In this document: positions 38,060 to 48,614 of the stretch, one piece after another
Layout of the letters: the number at the start of each line of letters is the position of its first letter
Position numbering within the stretch: the stretch's first letter is position 1
Source: Clostridia bacterium
GTDB lineage: Bacteria; Bacillota; Clostridia; Oscillospirales; CAG-382
NCBI GenBank assembly: GCA_017629175.1
Contig: JAGBXS010000003.1
Coordinates: forward strand, 1-60,875
Direction of reading: 5' to 3'
Length of the DNA stretch: 60,875 bases
Notes under the pieces: generated by a model
What the model was told of the DNA's origin: nothing
What the model saw: only the letters and a program-made list of their open reading frames with translations
Database searches by the model: none
Made by a program: the position numbers and the translations under genes

Positions 38060-39385
38060 ATGGATCAGTTTCGTGAGCTGAAAACAATCGTTTTGGAGGA
38101 GTTACGGAAGCAGTACGCCTCCACCATCATCACCCTTTGGTTTGATAAAATGGAGATCGTGGAGATCTCCGGCACGGAAGTCACCCTTTCCTTCCCCGCA
38201 TCCCGCAAGCTTTTTGTGGAGGCTAATTACAGCGCCGTACTTACCGAGACCTTCACCTCTGTTTTGGGCGTCAAGGTGGACGTAAAGTTTATCTCCCCCG
38301 AGGAGATCAAGGAGCAGGAAGCCCCCCAGCCGGAGCCCGAGAAGCAGAAAAACGCTTATCAGACCCGTTTCAATGCGGACTACACCTTTGAAACCTTCAT
38401 CGTGGGCAAATCCAATCAGCTTGCCCATACCGCCGCCATGGCGGTGGCCAAAAACCCCTTCCATCTGAACAACCCGCTATACCTCTACGGCCCCTCCGGC
38501 TTGGGTAAGACCCATTTGCTCTACGCCATCATGGCCAAGCTCCGTGAGGATCATCCCGAATACTCCATTCTCTACGTCACCGGTGAGGAATTCACCATCG
38601 ACATGATCGAATCCCTTGCCCAGCACAACCCCGCCGCTCTCCGCGAGAAGTACCGCAGTGTGGACGTGCTGTTGGTGGACGATATCCAGTTTATCTCCGG
38701 TAAGATCGGTGTGCAGGAGGAGTTCTTCCACACCTTTGAGACTCTCTTCCGTCAGAACAAGCAGCTGATCATCGCCTCCGACGTGGCGCCGGAACGGATC
38801 GACAACCTGGAAGACCGTCTCCGCGGCAGATTCTCCATGGGCTTGGTGGCAGACATTCAGCCCCCGGATCTGGAGCTTCGCACCGCGATCTTCCGCAGAA
38901 AAGCCTTGGATTTCGGCTTTGACCTGGATTTCTCCGTCCTTAACTACCTGGCGGAAAACATTACCCGCAACATCCGTCAGATCGAGGGCGCCATCAAAAA
39001 GCTCCGCGCCCACTGCTTCTTGACCGGTGATAAATGCACCGTGAAGATCGCTGAGCTGGTTTTGAGCGAGTTCTTGAAGACCAAGGCCTCCGCAGACACC
39101 ATGTTCGAGAAGGTTCTGGAATACGCCTCCAAGAAGTACATGGTCTCCACCGAGGATATTCTGGGGAACAAGCGTACCGCCAACATCGTCTCGGCAAGAC
39201 ACTTCGCTGTGTATATGGTGCGCAAGACCACCAACTACTCCCAAAAGCAGATCGCTGAGCTGTTTAAGCGGAAGGATCACACCACCATCATCAACTCCAT
39301 CAACGTCATGGAGCAAAAGGTGGTCTCCGATCCCATCTTCGCCCGGGAAATGGCCCATACCATTGAGGAGATCCTGCAGGGATAA
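38060..39385 (+). CDS. dnaA: chromosomal replication initiator protein DnaA
   Basis: GPSGLGKTHLL Walker A, DVLLVDDIQF, and the C-terminal DNA-binding helix region ending DHTTIINSI. Start at ATG 38060 with a GGAAAGGAG RBS. 441 aa. Confidence 0.97.
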   Translation: MDQFRELKTIVLEELRKQYASTIITLWFDKMEIVEISGTEVTLSFPASRKLFVEANYSAVLTETFTSVLGVKVDVKFISPEEIKEQEAPQPEPEKQKNAYQTRFNADYTFETFIVGKSNQLAHTAAMAVAKNPFHLNNPLYLYGPSGLGKTHLLYAIMAKLREDHPEYSILYVTGEEFTIDMIESLAQHNPAALREKYRSVDVLLVDDIQFISGKIGVQEEFFHTFETLFRQNKQLIIASDVAPERIDNLEDRLRGRFSMGLVADIQPPDLELRTAIFRRKALDFGFDLDFSVLNYLAENITRNIRQIEGAIKKLRAHCFLTGDKCTVKIAELVLSEFLKTKASADTMFEKVLEYASKKYMVSTEDILGNKRTANIVSARHFAVYMVRKTTNYSQKQIAELFKRKDHTTIINSINVMEQKVVSDPIFAREMAHTIEEILQG

Positions 39386-39391
39386 AAATAA

Positions 39392-39568
39392 CTTAAGAAA
39401 CTTTCTTAGAAAGAAAGTTTCTTAAGAATCTTCAAAGAAATTTCATGCCGAAAACTACCGTTTTCGGAAAAATAAAAATATAGTTTCTTCCAAAAACGTC
39501 AGTTTTTGGCAATAGATTTTCTTTTTGGATTCTTAAACCTTTTTCTTCTAAAAAGAAAAAGGTTTAAG
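39392..39568. repeat. two family A/B composite hairpin elements in head-to-head orientation between dnaA and the DnaA-box cluster
   Basis: Hairpins: CTTAAGAAACTTTC..GAAAGTTTCTTAAG (39392-39426), CCGAAAACtaccGTTTTCGG (39448-39467), CCAAAAACgtcaGTTTTTGG (39490-39509), and CTTAAACCTTTTT..AAAAAGGTTTAAG (39532-39568). Confidence 0.9.
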
Positions 39569-39596
39569 CGTACCCCCATTCCCCACCGTCGAAAAA

Positions 39597-39760
39597 TGTG
39601 GATAACTTGTGGAGGATTGTGCATAACCCATAGGCTTGTCCACCCCGGGTTTGAGCACTTATCCACCGGGAAAATCTAAGCCCCACGCCACTTTTTCCCA
39701 CTTTTCCACCGAAAACATCTCCCTCTACTACTACTACTACATTCATGTACCTATTAGATA
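39597..39760. other. oriC core: DnaA-box cluster, (CTA)5 DnaA-trio-like tract, moderately AT-rich segment
   Basis: One perfect box, TGTGGATAA, lies at 39597-39605. One-mismatch boxes are at 39618-39626 (TGTGcATAA) and 39659-39667 (TTATCCACc). Two-mismatch boxes are at 39608-39616, 39636-39644 and 39702-39710. CTACTACTACTACTA spans 39725-39739. The position between dnaA and dnaN is canonical. Confidence 0.8.
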
Positions 39761-39844
39761 GGTTACAGGGTAGGCTACGCGCACGCGCGTAACGCATAAA
39801 GGGAACCCCCTTAAAAAATACGTTTCCGAAAGGATGACACCCAT

Positions 39845-40969
39845 ATGGCAATCAAATTCTTATCTGACAAAAAGACTCTGTTGAACCTGATCCAGCCTGC
39901 CCTTGCCGCCACCTCCTCCAAGAGCACCCTTCCCGCGCTGGAGGGATTGCTGTTCCGTTTGGAAGAGAACGTGCTGACGGTCTGCGGCTACGACCTGGAG
40001 AAGGGTGTCCGTACCAGAGGGGTGGTCATCCCCAAGGAAGAGGGCGCCGTGATCATCAACGCCCAGAAGGTTGCCGCGATCATCAAGAACTTCCCTGACT
40101 GTGACATCAGCTTTGAGGCGGACGATAAGAACATGGTGCGAATCACCGGCGGCATGAGTGACTTTACCGTCCACGGTCTCACCGCTGAGGCGTTCCCCAA
40201 TATGCCTTCCCTGGGGGGCGACAACGCCTTCTGTATCAGCCAGAGCCTGATGAAGGAGATCATCGCCTCCACCTGCTTTGCGGTGTCCCAGGTTGATGCC
40301 AGACCCATCCTCACCGGTGAGTTCTTCCACATCGAGAACCGTTCCATCACCGCGGTGGCCTTGGATAACTACCGTCTGGCGCTCCGTGAGGAGAAGGAAT
40401 GCATTTTTGATAACGAAAACGACTTCTCCTTTGTGGTACCCGGAAAATCGCTTCTGGAGCTTTCCAGACTGCTCAGAGACACCGACGATATGTTGCGGGT
40501 TGAGTTTACCGCCAAGTACGTGATCTTCAAGCTGGACGATATGGTGCTGTTCTCCAGACTGCTGGAGGGCGAGTTCTTGGATTACAAGCGTGCCATCCCC
40601 GCCCAGAGCAAGATCTTCGTGACCTTGGACAGAAGAGCCTTTGAGGATTCCGTTTCCCGTGCGTCTTTGTTGGTGGACGAGAAGCTGAAGACCCCCCTGC
40701 GCTGCCGCTTTGAGGGGGATATCCTCCACGTCACCTGCTCCACCCAGTACGGTAAGGTCAACGACCACCTGCGGATCGAGAAGGACGGCGACGACCTGGA
40801 GATCGGATTTAACAACAGATATTTGCTGGACGCTTTGCGGGCATGCAAGGACGATACCTTGAAGATTTCCCTGTCCACCGCCTTTATGTCTATGGTGATC
40901 CAGCCTAAGAACCCCTCGGAGTCCGGCACCTACCTGTATCTGGTACTGCCCGTGAAGCTGAAGGACTGA
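39845..40969 (+). CDS. dnaN: DNA polymerase III subunit beta (sliding clamp)
   Basis: 374 aa with three-domain clamp length and N-terminus MAIKFLSDKKTLLNLIQPALAATSSKSTLPALEGLLF. Synteny dnaA-dnaN-recF. Confidence 0.95.
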   Translation: MAIKFLSDKKTLLNLIQPALAATSSKSTLPALEGLLFRLEENVLTVCGYDLEKGVRTRGVVIPKEEGAVIINAQKVAAIIKNFPDCDISFEADDKNMVRITGGMSDFTVHGLTAEAFPNMPSLGGDNAFCISQSLMKEIIASTCFAVSQVDARPILTGEFFHIENRSITAVALDNYRLALREEKECIFDNENDFSFVVPGKSLLELSRLLRDTDDMLRVEFTAKYVIFKLDDMVLFSRLLEGEFLDYKRAIPAQSKIFVTLDRRAFEDSVSRASLLVDEKLKTPLRCRFEGDILHVTCSTQYGKVNDHLRIEKDGDDLEIGFNNRYLLDALRACKDDTLKISLSTAFMSMVIQPKNPSESGTYLYLVLPVKLKD

Positions 40970-40982
40970 TTTAGATTTGTAC

Positions 40983-41129
40983 GTGGGGTTCCACCCCACA
41001 CCCCGCCGGGGACTCGTCCCCGGACCCGGTACTGTGAAGAAAGAAGAAAGATATAAATCATTTTCACAATGTGCGGGGTAAAGGGGGATCATCCCCCTTT
41101 TGGGGATCTTAAGGGGCAAAGCCCCTTAA
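40983..41129 (+). repeat. four GC-rich hairpins including a family C copy, filling the dnaN-recF spacer
   Basis: GTGGGGttccaCCCCAC (40983-40999); CCCCGCCGGGGACtcGTCCCCGGACCCGGTACTGTGAAGAA (41001-41041); AAGGGGGAT/ATCCCCCTT (41081-41099); TTAAGGGGCaaaGCCCCTTAA (41109-41129). Confidence 0.9.
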
Positions 41130-41142
41130 ATACAATTAACTT

Positions 41143-42240
41143 ATGAAGATTGAGAAGCTGTATTTATACAATTTCAAAAACGCTTGTGAAGAGACCTTGA
41201 CCTTTGCCCCGGGGGTGAACGTGATCTACGGAGAGAACGCCTCGGGGAAGACCAATTTGCTGGAAGCGCTGTTCTATTTTGCCTCGGGGAAGTCCTTCCG
41301 CGGGGGCAAGGAGCGGGAGCTGATCCGACTGGGGGAAACAAGGGCCAAGGCGGAGCTGATCTTTTCCGCAAGAGGGCTGGAGAAAAAGATGTCTCTGGCG
41401 CTGGAAAAGGGCAAGAAGCGGGAGCTTTTTGTCAGCGGGATCAAGGTGCAGAAGCTTTCCGAGTATTTGGGGCTGTTCCGCGCGGTGATCTTCACCCCGG
41501 ACCATCTGGATCTGGTGAAGGGTGTGTCGGAAAACAGACGGCGGTTTTTGGATCTTGCCATCTGCCAGTCTTTTCCCCGGTACGCCGCGTCTCTCAACGA
41601 GTATGGGCGTCTGCTGATGCAGAAGAACGCTTTACTGCGTGGGGATAACCCGGACAGAGCCTTGCTGGCGGTATATCACGAGCGGATGGCCACCCTGTGC
41701 GGGGTGATCACCTTGAACCGTGCTAAATATCTGACAAATTTGGAGTCTGCCGCGGCGGAGTTCCAGAAGGAAATGTCCGGCGGGCTGGAGGTCTTGAAGT
41801 TAAAGTACAAAAGCCAGGTGCTCCCCAAGGAGGAGGACACGGCGGAGGTTTTGAGAGAGAAATACAGAGAGCTGTTTGAAGCGAAGACAGAGGAGGAGAT
41901 CCGCCGGGGGTTTGCGGTGTGCGGTGTCCAGAGAGATGATTTTGATCTGTATCTCAACGGGCTCAACTGTAAGATGTTCGGGTCTCAGGGTCAGCAGCGG
42001 TCCTGCGTTCTGTCCTTAAAGCTGGCGGAGGGTGAGCTTTCCAAGCGGCTCACGGGGGAATATCCCGTGTTCTTGTTGGATGACATCCTTTCCGAATTGG
42101 ATACCGGCCGACGGGAATATATTCTGGATAAGATCACCGGGAAGCAGGTTGTGCTTACCGGCTGTGAGACGGAGCTTTTTTCCGGGTACGAGGGCTGTCA
42201 TAAGATCTACGTGGAAAAAGGCGTGGCGAGGAACGTTTGA
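41143..42240 (+). CDS. recF: DNA replication and repair protein RecF
   Basis: MKIEKLYLYNFKN N-terminus, Walker A GENASGKTNLLEA, signature region GSQGQQRS and Walker B FLLDDILSELD. 365 aa. No obvious SD. Confidence 0.93.
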   Translation: MKIEKLYLYNFKNACEETLTFAPGVNVIYGENASGKTNLLEALFYFASGKSFRGGKERELIRLGETRAKAELIFSARGLEKKMSLALEKGKKRELFVSGIKVQKLSEYLGLFRAVIFTPDHLDLVKGVSENRRRFLDLAICQSFPRYAASLNEYGRLLMQKNALLRGDNPDRALLAVYHERMATLCGVITLNRAKYLTNLESAAAEFQKEMSGGLEVLKLKYKSQVLPKEEDTAEVLREKYRELFEAKTEEEIRRGFAVCGVQRDDFDLYLNGLNCKMFGSQGQQRSCVLSLKLAEGELSKRLTGEYPVFLLDDILSELDTGRREYILDKITGKQVVLTGCETELFSGYEGCHKIYVEKGVARNV

Positions 42241-42286
42241 ATCGCGGTGGAGAATGACGGTTTAACTTTATTATCCTCTTTCCCTT

Positions 42287-42355
42287 TCTTCCTCACGATA
42301 CCGGGTCCGGGGGTGGGCCCCCGGCGGGGATCTTAAGGGGCGGCGCCCCTTAAAC
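42287..42355 (-). repeat. family C double-hairpin repeat, inverted copy downstream of recF
   Basis: Its reverse complement, CGTTTAAGGGGCGCCGCCCCTTAAGATCCCCGCCGGGGGCCCACCCCCGGACCCGGTATCGTGAGGAAGAA, matches 16710-16776 with about 5 differences. Confidence 0.9.
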
Positions 42356-42425
42356 GTACCCTAATTGTTCTCCCCTTTCGGAAAAAAGTGGGATTTTTGC
42401 GGGATTTTTTGCGGAAAAAAACGGG

Positions 42426-42454
42426 ATGACAAAAAAGAAGTTTTCCTGTATACT
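42426..42454 (+). promoter_or_regulatory. candidate promoter of the small ORF / remB-like / gyrBA unit
   Basis: ATGACA, 17 nt spacer, TATACT. Confidence 0.45.
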
Positions 42455-42496
42455 CCTTCTTGTCAAAAACGAAAGCACAAGAAGGAGGACGTGAAA

Positions 42497-42769
42497 ATGA
42501 CCGTCAAGGTGATCCGCGTGGGGGAATTGGTAATCATGGAATATTTAACGGAGGAGCAGGAGGCTTTATACAAGCCCGGCCGAACCGAAAAGCAATTAAA
42601 GACCCGAAGGGAGCTGGAGGCCTGCCGCAAGGAAGCGTATGCGGAGATCCGAAAGCAGTACGGCAGGGTCTTGCGAGAGGAATTTATCCCGGAGGAGGAT
42701 CCTTTGGGGCTGGAGTTTGACAAGCTCCGCAACAAAAATTCCTTAAATCGCATTTATCTTGGGTTATAA
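42497..42769 (+). CDS. hypothetical 90-aa charged protein
   Basis: A strong RBS (GAAGGAGGA) lies 7 nt before ATG 42497. Sequence MTVKVIRVGELVIMEYLTEEQEALYKPGRTEKQLK... No motif recognised. Confidence 0.5.
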   Translation: MTVKVIRVGELVIMEYLTEEQEALYKPGRTEKQLKTRRELEACRKEAYAEIRKQYGRVLREEFIPEEDPLGLEFDKLRNKNSLNRIYLGL

Positions 42770-42783
42770 CAAAAGGATTTTTT

Positions 42784-43062
42784 ATGAAAACACCCTTCTT
42801 TACACCCTTTTTACATTTGGAAGGCGGGGAGACCTTGATCGCCGAGGACGTGGTGGGGATCTTTGACATGGATCAAGCCACGGGCGAAGAGGCTACCCGG
42901 GAATTTCTGAAGGAAAGCCAAAAGCATATGCAGGTGGTGAGCCTTGCCTCCGACCTGCCCCGCAGCTTCGTGTTGGTGCGGGAGGCCTATGGCGACAGGG
43001 TGTATATCAGCGGGCTTTCCACCGAGACGGTGGTAAAGCGCAGTAACGGTTTATCCGATTGA
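42784..43062 (+). CDS. DUF370 / RemB (YaaB)-like protein
   Basis: 92 aa. The pattern GGETLIAEDVVGIFDMD...SFVLV...RVYISGLSTETV and the position between recF and gyrB match Firmicutes YaaB/RemB. Confidence 0.7.
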   Translation: MKTPFFTPFLHLEGGETLIAEDVVGIFDMDQATGEEATREFLKESQKHMQVVSLASDLPRSFVLVREAYGDRVYISGLSTETVVKRSNGLSD

Positions 43063-45012
<1,950 letters not shown>

Positions 45013-45028
45013 GGAAGGAGAAATTCCA

Positions 45029-47530
45029 ATGGCTGAAAAAGAATACGATTACAGTGCCTTAGAGGTACAGCATATCAAGGATATCCGCATTGAGGATGAG
45101 ATCAAGAATGCGTATATCGACTACGCCATGTCGGTTATCGTTTCCCGTGCATTGCCGGACGTGCGTGACGGCTTGAAGCCGGTTCACCGCCGTGTGCTTT
45201 ACGCCATGCACGAGGACCATCTGACCTACGATAAGCCTCACCGCAAGTCTGCCACCACGGTAGGTGCCGTGCTGGGTAGCTATCACCCCCACGGTGACTC
45301 TGCCGTTTACGACACCATGGTACGTATGGCGCAGGATTTCTCTCTGCGTTATCCTTTGGTGGACGGCCACGGTAACTTCGGTAACATCGACGGCGACCCC
45401 CCTGCGGCTTACCGTTATACCGAGGCAAGAATGGCCAAGATCGCCGGAGAAATGCTGGCGGATATCGAAAAAGACGTGGTGGATTTCGACCCCAACTTCG
45501 ATAACACCAAGAAGGAGCCCTCCGTGCTTCCCGCACGGTTCCCCAACCTGCTGGTAAACGGCTCCGTGGGTATCGCGGTAGGTATGGCTACCAACGTGCC
45601 TCCTCACAACATGAAGGAGGTCTGCGAGGCTTGTAAGTACCTGCTGGACAACCCCGAATGCTCTATTCCCGAGCTGATGCAGTACGTGAAGGGCCCCGAC
45701 TTCCCCACCTACGGCACCATTTACGGTACCGCGGGGATCTACCAGGCCTATATGACCGGTAAGGGTCACATCAAGGTGCGTGCCAAGGCGCATTTTGAAG
45801 AGAAAAAGGGCAGAACCTCCATCATCGTTACCGAGCTTCCCTATCAGGTCAACCGTTCCCTGCTGTTGGAGAACATGGTGAACCTGGTAAAGCTGAAGAA
45901 GATCGAGGGCATCTCCGACATCCGTAACGAATCCGGCAGAAAGGGTATGCGCATCGTCATCGAAGTCAAGAAGGATGCCAACCCCCAGATCGTTTTGAAT
46001 CTGCTGTATAAATACACCCAGATGGAGGACACCTGCGCGGTGAATATGCTGGCGCTGGTGAAGGGTGAGCCCAAGATCTTGAATCTGAAGCAGGTTTTGC
46101 AGCATTATGTAAACCACAGAGAAGAGGTCATCCTCCGCAGAACCCGTTTTGAGCTGGCAAAGGCAGAAAAGGAAGCCCACATTCTGGAGGGCTACATCAT
46201 TGCCATCGATAACATCGACGAGGTGGTGCAGATCATCCGTCACTCCGCCAGCATTCCCGATGCCAAGCAGAACTTGATGAACCGCTTCGGCCTTTCCGAG
46301 GCTCAGGCTCAGGCCATCGTGGATATGACCCTGGGTAAGCTCACCGGCTTGGAGAAGCAGAAGATCGAGGACAGATTGGCGGCCTTGATGGCGTTGATCG
46401 AGGACCTGAAGGATATTCTTGCCAACCCCGCCAGAGTGTTCGGCATCATCAAGGAGGATCTGGACGACGTTTCCGCCCGCTTTGGTGACGCAAGACGCAC
46501 CGACATCGTGGAGGTGGAGAACGAGATCCTCATCGAGGACTTGATCGAGAAGCAGGATTGCGTGATTACCGTCACCAACGACGGCTATATCAAGCGTCTC
46601 CCCGCGGATACCTACGCGGCGCAGAGAAGAGGCGGCAAGGGCGTTACCGCCATGGGCACCAAGGAAGAGGACTTCGTGAAGAACGTGTTCGTGGCTTATT
46701 CCCACGATACCCTCTTGCTGTTCTCCAACAAGGGCAGAATGTATACCAAGCGGTGCTTTGAGATCCCCGAGGCCTCCCGTACCGCAAAGGGAACCAATTT
46801 GGTGAACGTTTTGAACCTTTCCGAAGGGGAAATGATCACCGCAGGGCTTTCCATCAAGGAGTTCACCGAGGACGAGTACCTGGTATTCATCACCCGCAAG
46901 GGCGTGATGAAGCGTGTTCAGCTCATTGAATACAAATCCCGCAGACAGAGCGGTCTGTTCGCCATCAATCTGGACGAGGACGATCTGTTGTTGGCTGTGC
47001 ATAAGACCGGGGGCAAGGATCATATCCTCTGCGCCTCTCACAACGGCGCTACCATCCGTTTTGCGGAGACTGACGCCAGATGTATGGGCAGACAGGCTCG
47101 CGGCGTAGGCGCCATGGAGCTGCGCGAGGGAGATTACCTGGTGGGTGCTTGCGTTATCCCCGAGGGCGAGGACAACGAGGAGTTCAAGGTGATGACCCTC
47201 ACCGAGGGCGGCTACGGCAAGCGCAGTGAGATCGCTTCCTTCCCCCTGCAGAAGCGCTACGGTATGGGTGTCCGCGGCCACGCGGTAAACGAGAAGACCG
47301 GCCTTCTCACCGGCATTGCCCTGGTGAAGGAAGAGGACGACCTGATGATGATCACCGACGGCGGTATGATCGTGCGTACCGCGGCTTCCGGCGTGCCGGT
47401 TTACGGCAGACCCACCGCAGGCGTTATCGTCATGCGTTTGGCAGAGGATGCCAAGCTCATCAGCTTTGACGTTGCGGCGAAGGCAGAGCTGCCGGAAGAA
47501 ACATCTGAAGAAACGACTGTGGAGGAGTAA
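45029..47530 (+). CDS. gyrA: DNA gyrase subunit A
   Basis: [20 protein letters not shown], and the active-site [10 protein letters not shown]. The C-terminus has beta-pinwheel repeats. 833 aa. Confidence 0.97.
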   Translation: MAEKEYDYSALEVQHIKDIRIEDEIKNAYIDYAMSVIVSRALPDVRDGLKPVHRRVLYAMHEDHLTYDKPHRKSATTVGAVLGSYHPHGDSAVYDTMVRMAQDFSLRYPLVDGHGNFGNIDGDPPAAYRYTEARMAKIAGEMLADIEKDVVDFDPNFDNTKKEPSVLPARFPNLLVNGSVGIAVGMATNVPPHNMKEVCEACKYLLDNPECSIPELMQYVKGPDFPTYGTIYGTAGIYQAYMTGKGHIKVRAKAHFEEKKGRTSIIVTELPYQVNRSLLLENMVNLVKLKKIEGISDIRNESGRKGMRIVIEVKKDANPQIVLNLLYKYTQMEDTCAVNMLALVKGEPKILNLKQVLQHYVNHREEVILRRTRFELAKAEKEAHILEGYIIAIDNIDEVVQIIRHSASIPDAKQNLMNRFGLSEAQAQAIVDMTLGKLTGLEKQKIEDRLAALMALIEDLKDILANPARVFGIIKEDLDDVSARFGDARRTDIVEVENEILIEDLIEKQDCVITVTNDGYIKRLPADTYAAQRRGGKGVTAMGTKEEDFVKNVFVAYSHDTLLLFSNKGRMYTKRCFEIPEASRTAKGTNLVNVLNLSEGEMITAGLSIKEFTEDEYLVFITRKGVMKRVQLIEYKSRRQSGLFAINLDEDDLLLAVHKTGGKDHILCASHNGATIRFAETDARCMGRQARGVGAMELREGDYLVGACVIPEGEDNEEFKVMTLTEGGYGKRSEIASFPLQKRYGMGVRGHAVNEKTGLLTGIALVKEEDDLMMITDGGMIVRTAASGVPVYGRPTAGVIVMRLAEDAKLISFDVAAKAELPEETSEETTVEE

Positions 47531-47533
47531 AAC

Positions 47534-47869
47534 ATGGCATCCGAAAGAGAAAGAGCAAAAGAAGAATACCTGATCCTTCGTGAGAAGGCCTTGAAGGTAG
47601 AGAAGAAATACAGCCTGATCAAGATGCTTTCCGACATTTTGTATATGCTGTGCGGCGGTGTGATCATCGGTGCGTTGATCTATATGTTTTCCGTTTGGAC
47701 ACAGATCGAGGGCGGCGACAGAGTTTTGCGTATTTTGTTGTTCGTGGCGGCGTTCTTTGCCTCCGTTGCCCTGGCGGCCTTTGTCTCCCGCATTTCCCTG
47801 AAGAAAAAGAAGGAGCTTCACGATCTGAAGGTAAAACTTGAGGATCTGGAAAGCAAGTATCATCTGTAA
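47534..47869 (+). CDS. hypothetical small membrane protein (2 TM, charged coiled ends)
   Basis: 111 aa. It starts 4 nt after the gyrA stop and shares the terminator at 47883. Confidence 0.5.
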   Translation: MASERERAKEEYLILREKALKVEKKYSLIKMLSDILYMLCGGVIIGALIYMFSVWTQIEGGDRVLRILLFVAAFFASVALAAFVSRISLKKKKELHDLKVKLEDLESKYHL

Positions 47870-47882
47870 GAAGTAAATAAAG

Positions 47883-47911
47883 AAAGACCGTTCGAGTGAA
47901 CGGTCTTTTTT
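47883..47911. terminator. bidirectional terminator between convergent units
   Basis: AAAGACCGTTCgagtGAACGGTCTTTTTT. Confidence 0.8.
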
Positions 47912-47938
47912 GTGTAAATTTTTCTGCCAAAAAAGGAA

Positions 47939-48475
47939 TTAGCTGCGCTTTGCTTTGCCGATGGCGGCCTTGACGTAGCTGAATGCGCCGATGACGCAGA
48001 ACAGCAAGCCCAGACCCAGATCCTTGAAATATGCGGAAGCGATCTCCGGCTCTTCCAGGAACAGGTGCGCGTTGGCAATAGACTCGAAGAATGTGAGGGT
48101 GAAATCGACATGGCCTTCTTCGTACCAGAGCTGATAAGCATCGTACACGTCGTAGGAGAGGCAGAGATACCAAGCCAGCACCAGCACGATGAATGCGATC
48201 ACGGTGGAAATGATAATACCCTTGGTGCTTTCACGCTTGCCGAAGATGGCGTAGCCCTTGATGGCACAGACAACGCCGATGAGGCCGCTGATTGCCGCAA
48301 GGATACCTACCTGATACAGCACGAACCAGATGATACCGCCTGCGAGGGAGAACAAAAATGCACCTACGATACCTGCCACAACGTTCTCGTTGGGGAGCTG
48401 AACGGGCTGTACCGGAGGAGTTTGGGGCTCTTCGGGAGTGGGGATGACGTTTTCTACTTCAAAATTATCGGTCAT
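47939..48475 (-). CDS. hypothetical membrane protein (about 4 TM, Pro-rich N-terminus)
   Basis: 178 aa from ATG 48475 with a GGAGG RBS. No motif recognised. Confidence 0.55.
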   Translation of the reverse strand: MTDNFEVENVIPTPEEPQTPPVQPVQLPNENVVAGIVGAFLFSLAGGIIWFVLYQVGILAAISGLIGVVCAIKGYAIFGKRESTKGIIISTVIAFIVLVLAWYLCLSYDVYDAYQLWYEEGHVDFTLTFFESIANAHLFLEEPEIASAYFKDLGLGLLFCVIGAFSYVKAAIGKAKRS

Positions 48476-48498
48476 GAGAAAATACCTCCTTTTTTTGA

Positions 48499-48527
48499 AG
48501 TATAGCACAATTGTCGGAGATTGTCAA
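48499..48527 (-). promoter_or_regulatory. candidate sigma-A promoter of the 47939-48475 gene
   Basis: On the minus strand: TTGACA (48527-48522), 17 nt spacer, TATACT (48504-48499). Confidence 0.6.
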
Positions 48528-48614
48528 TAGATTTTTTTGTTCTGCGGGGGTGATTTAGAGTTTTAAAGGGGATCTCTTTTTTCAAGAGATCCCCTTTCCG
48601 GGTGCTTTGTTCTT

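Noticed and set aside
39725-39739. (TAC/CTA)5 as a phase-variable microsatellite
   Set aside because: It is intergenic, inside oriC and not within a promoter spacer or ORF. Its position and strand relative to the DnaA boxes fit the DnaA-trio model better, although length polymorphism among strains would revive this idea.
45059-47863. 934-aa minus-strand ORF opposite gyrA
   Set aside because: The same antisense artefact. gyrA on the + strand has all hallmark motifs.
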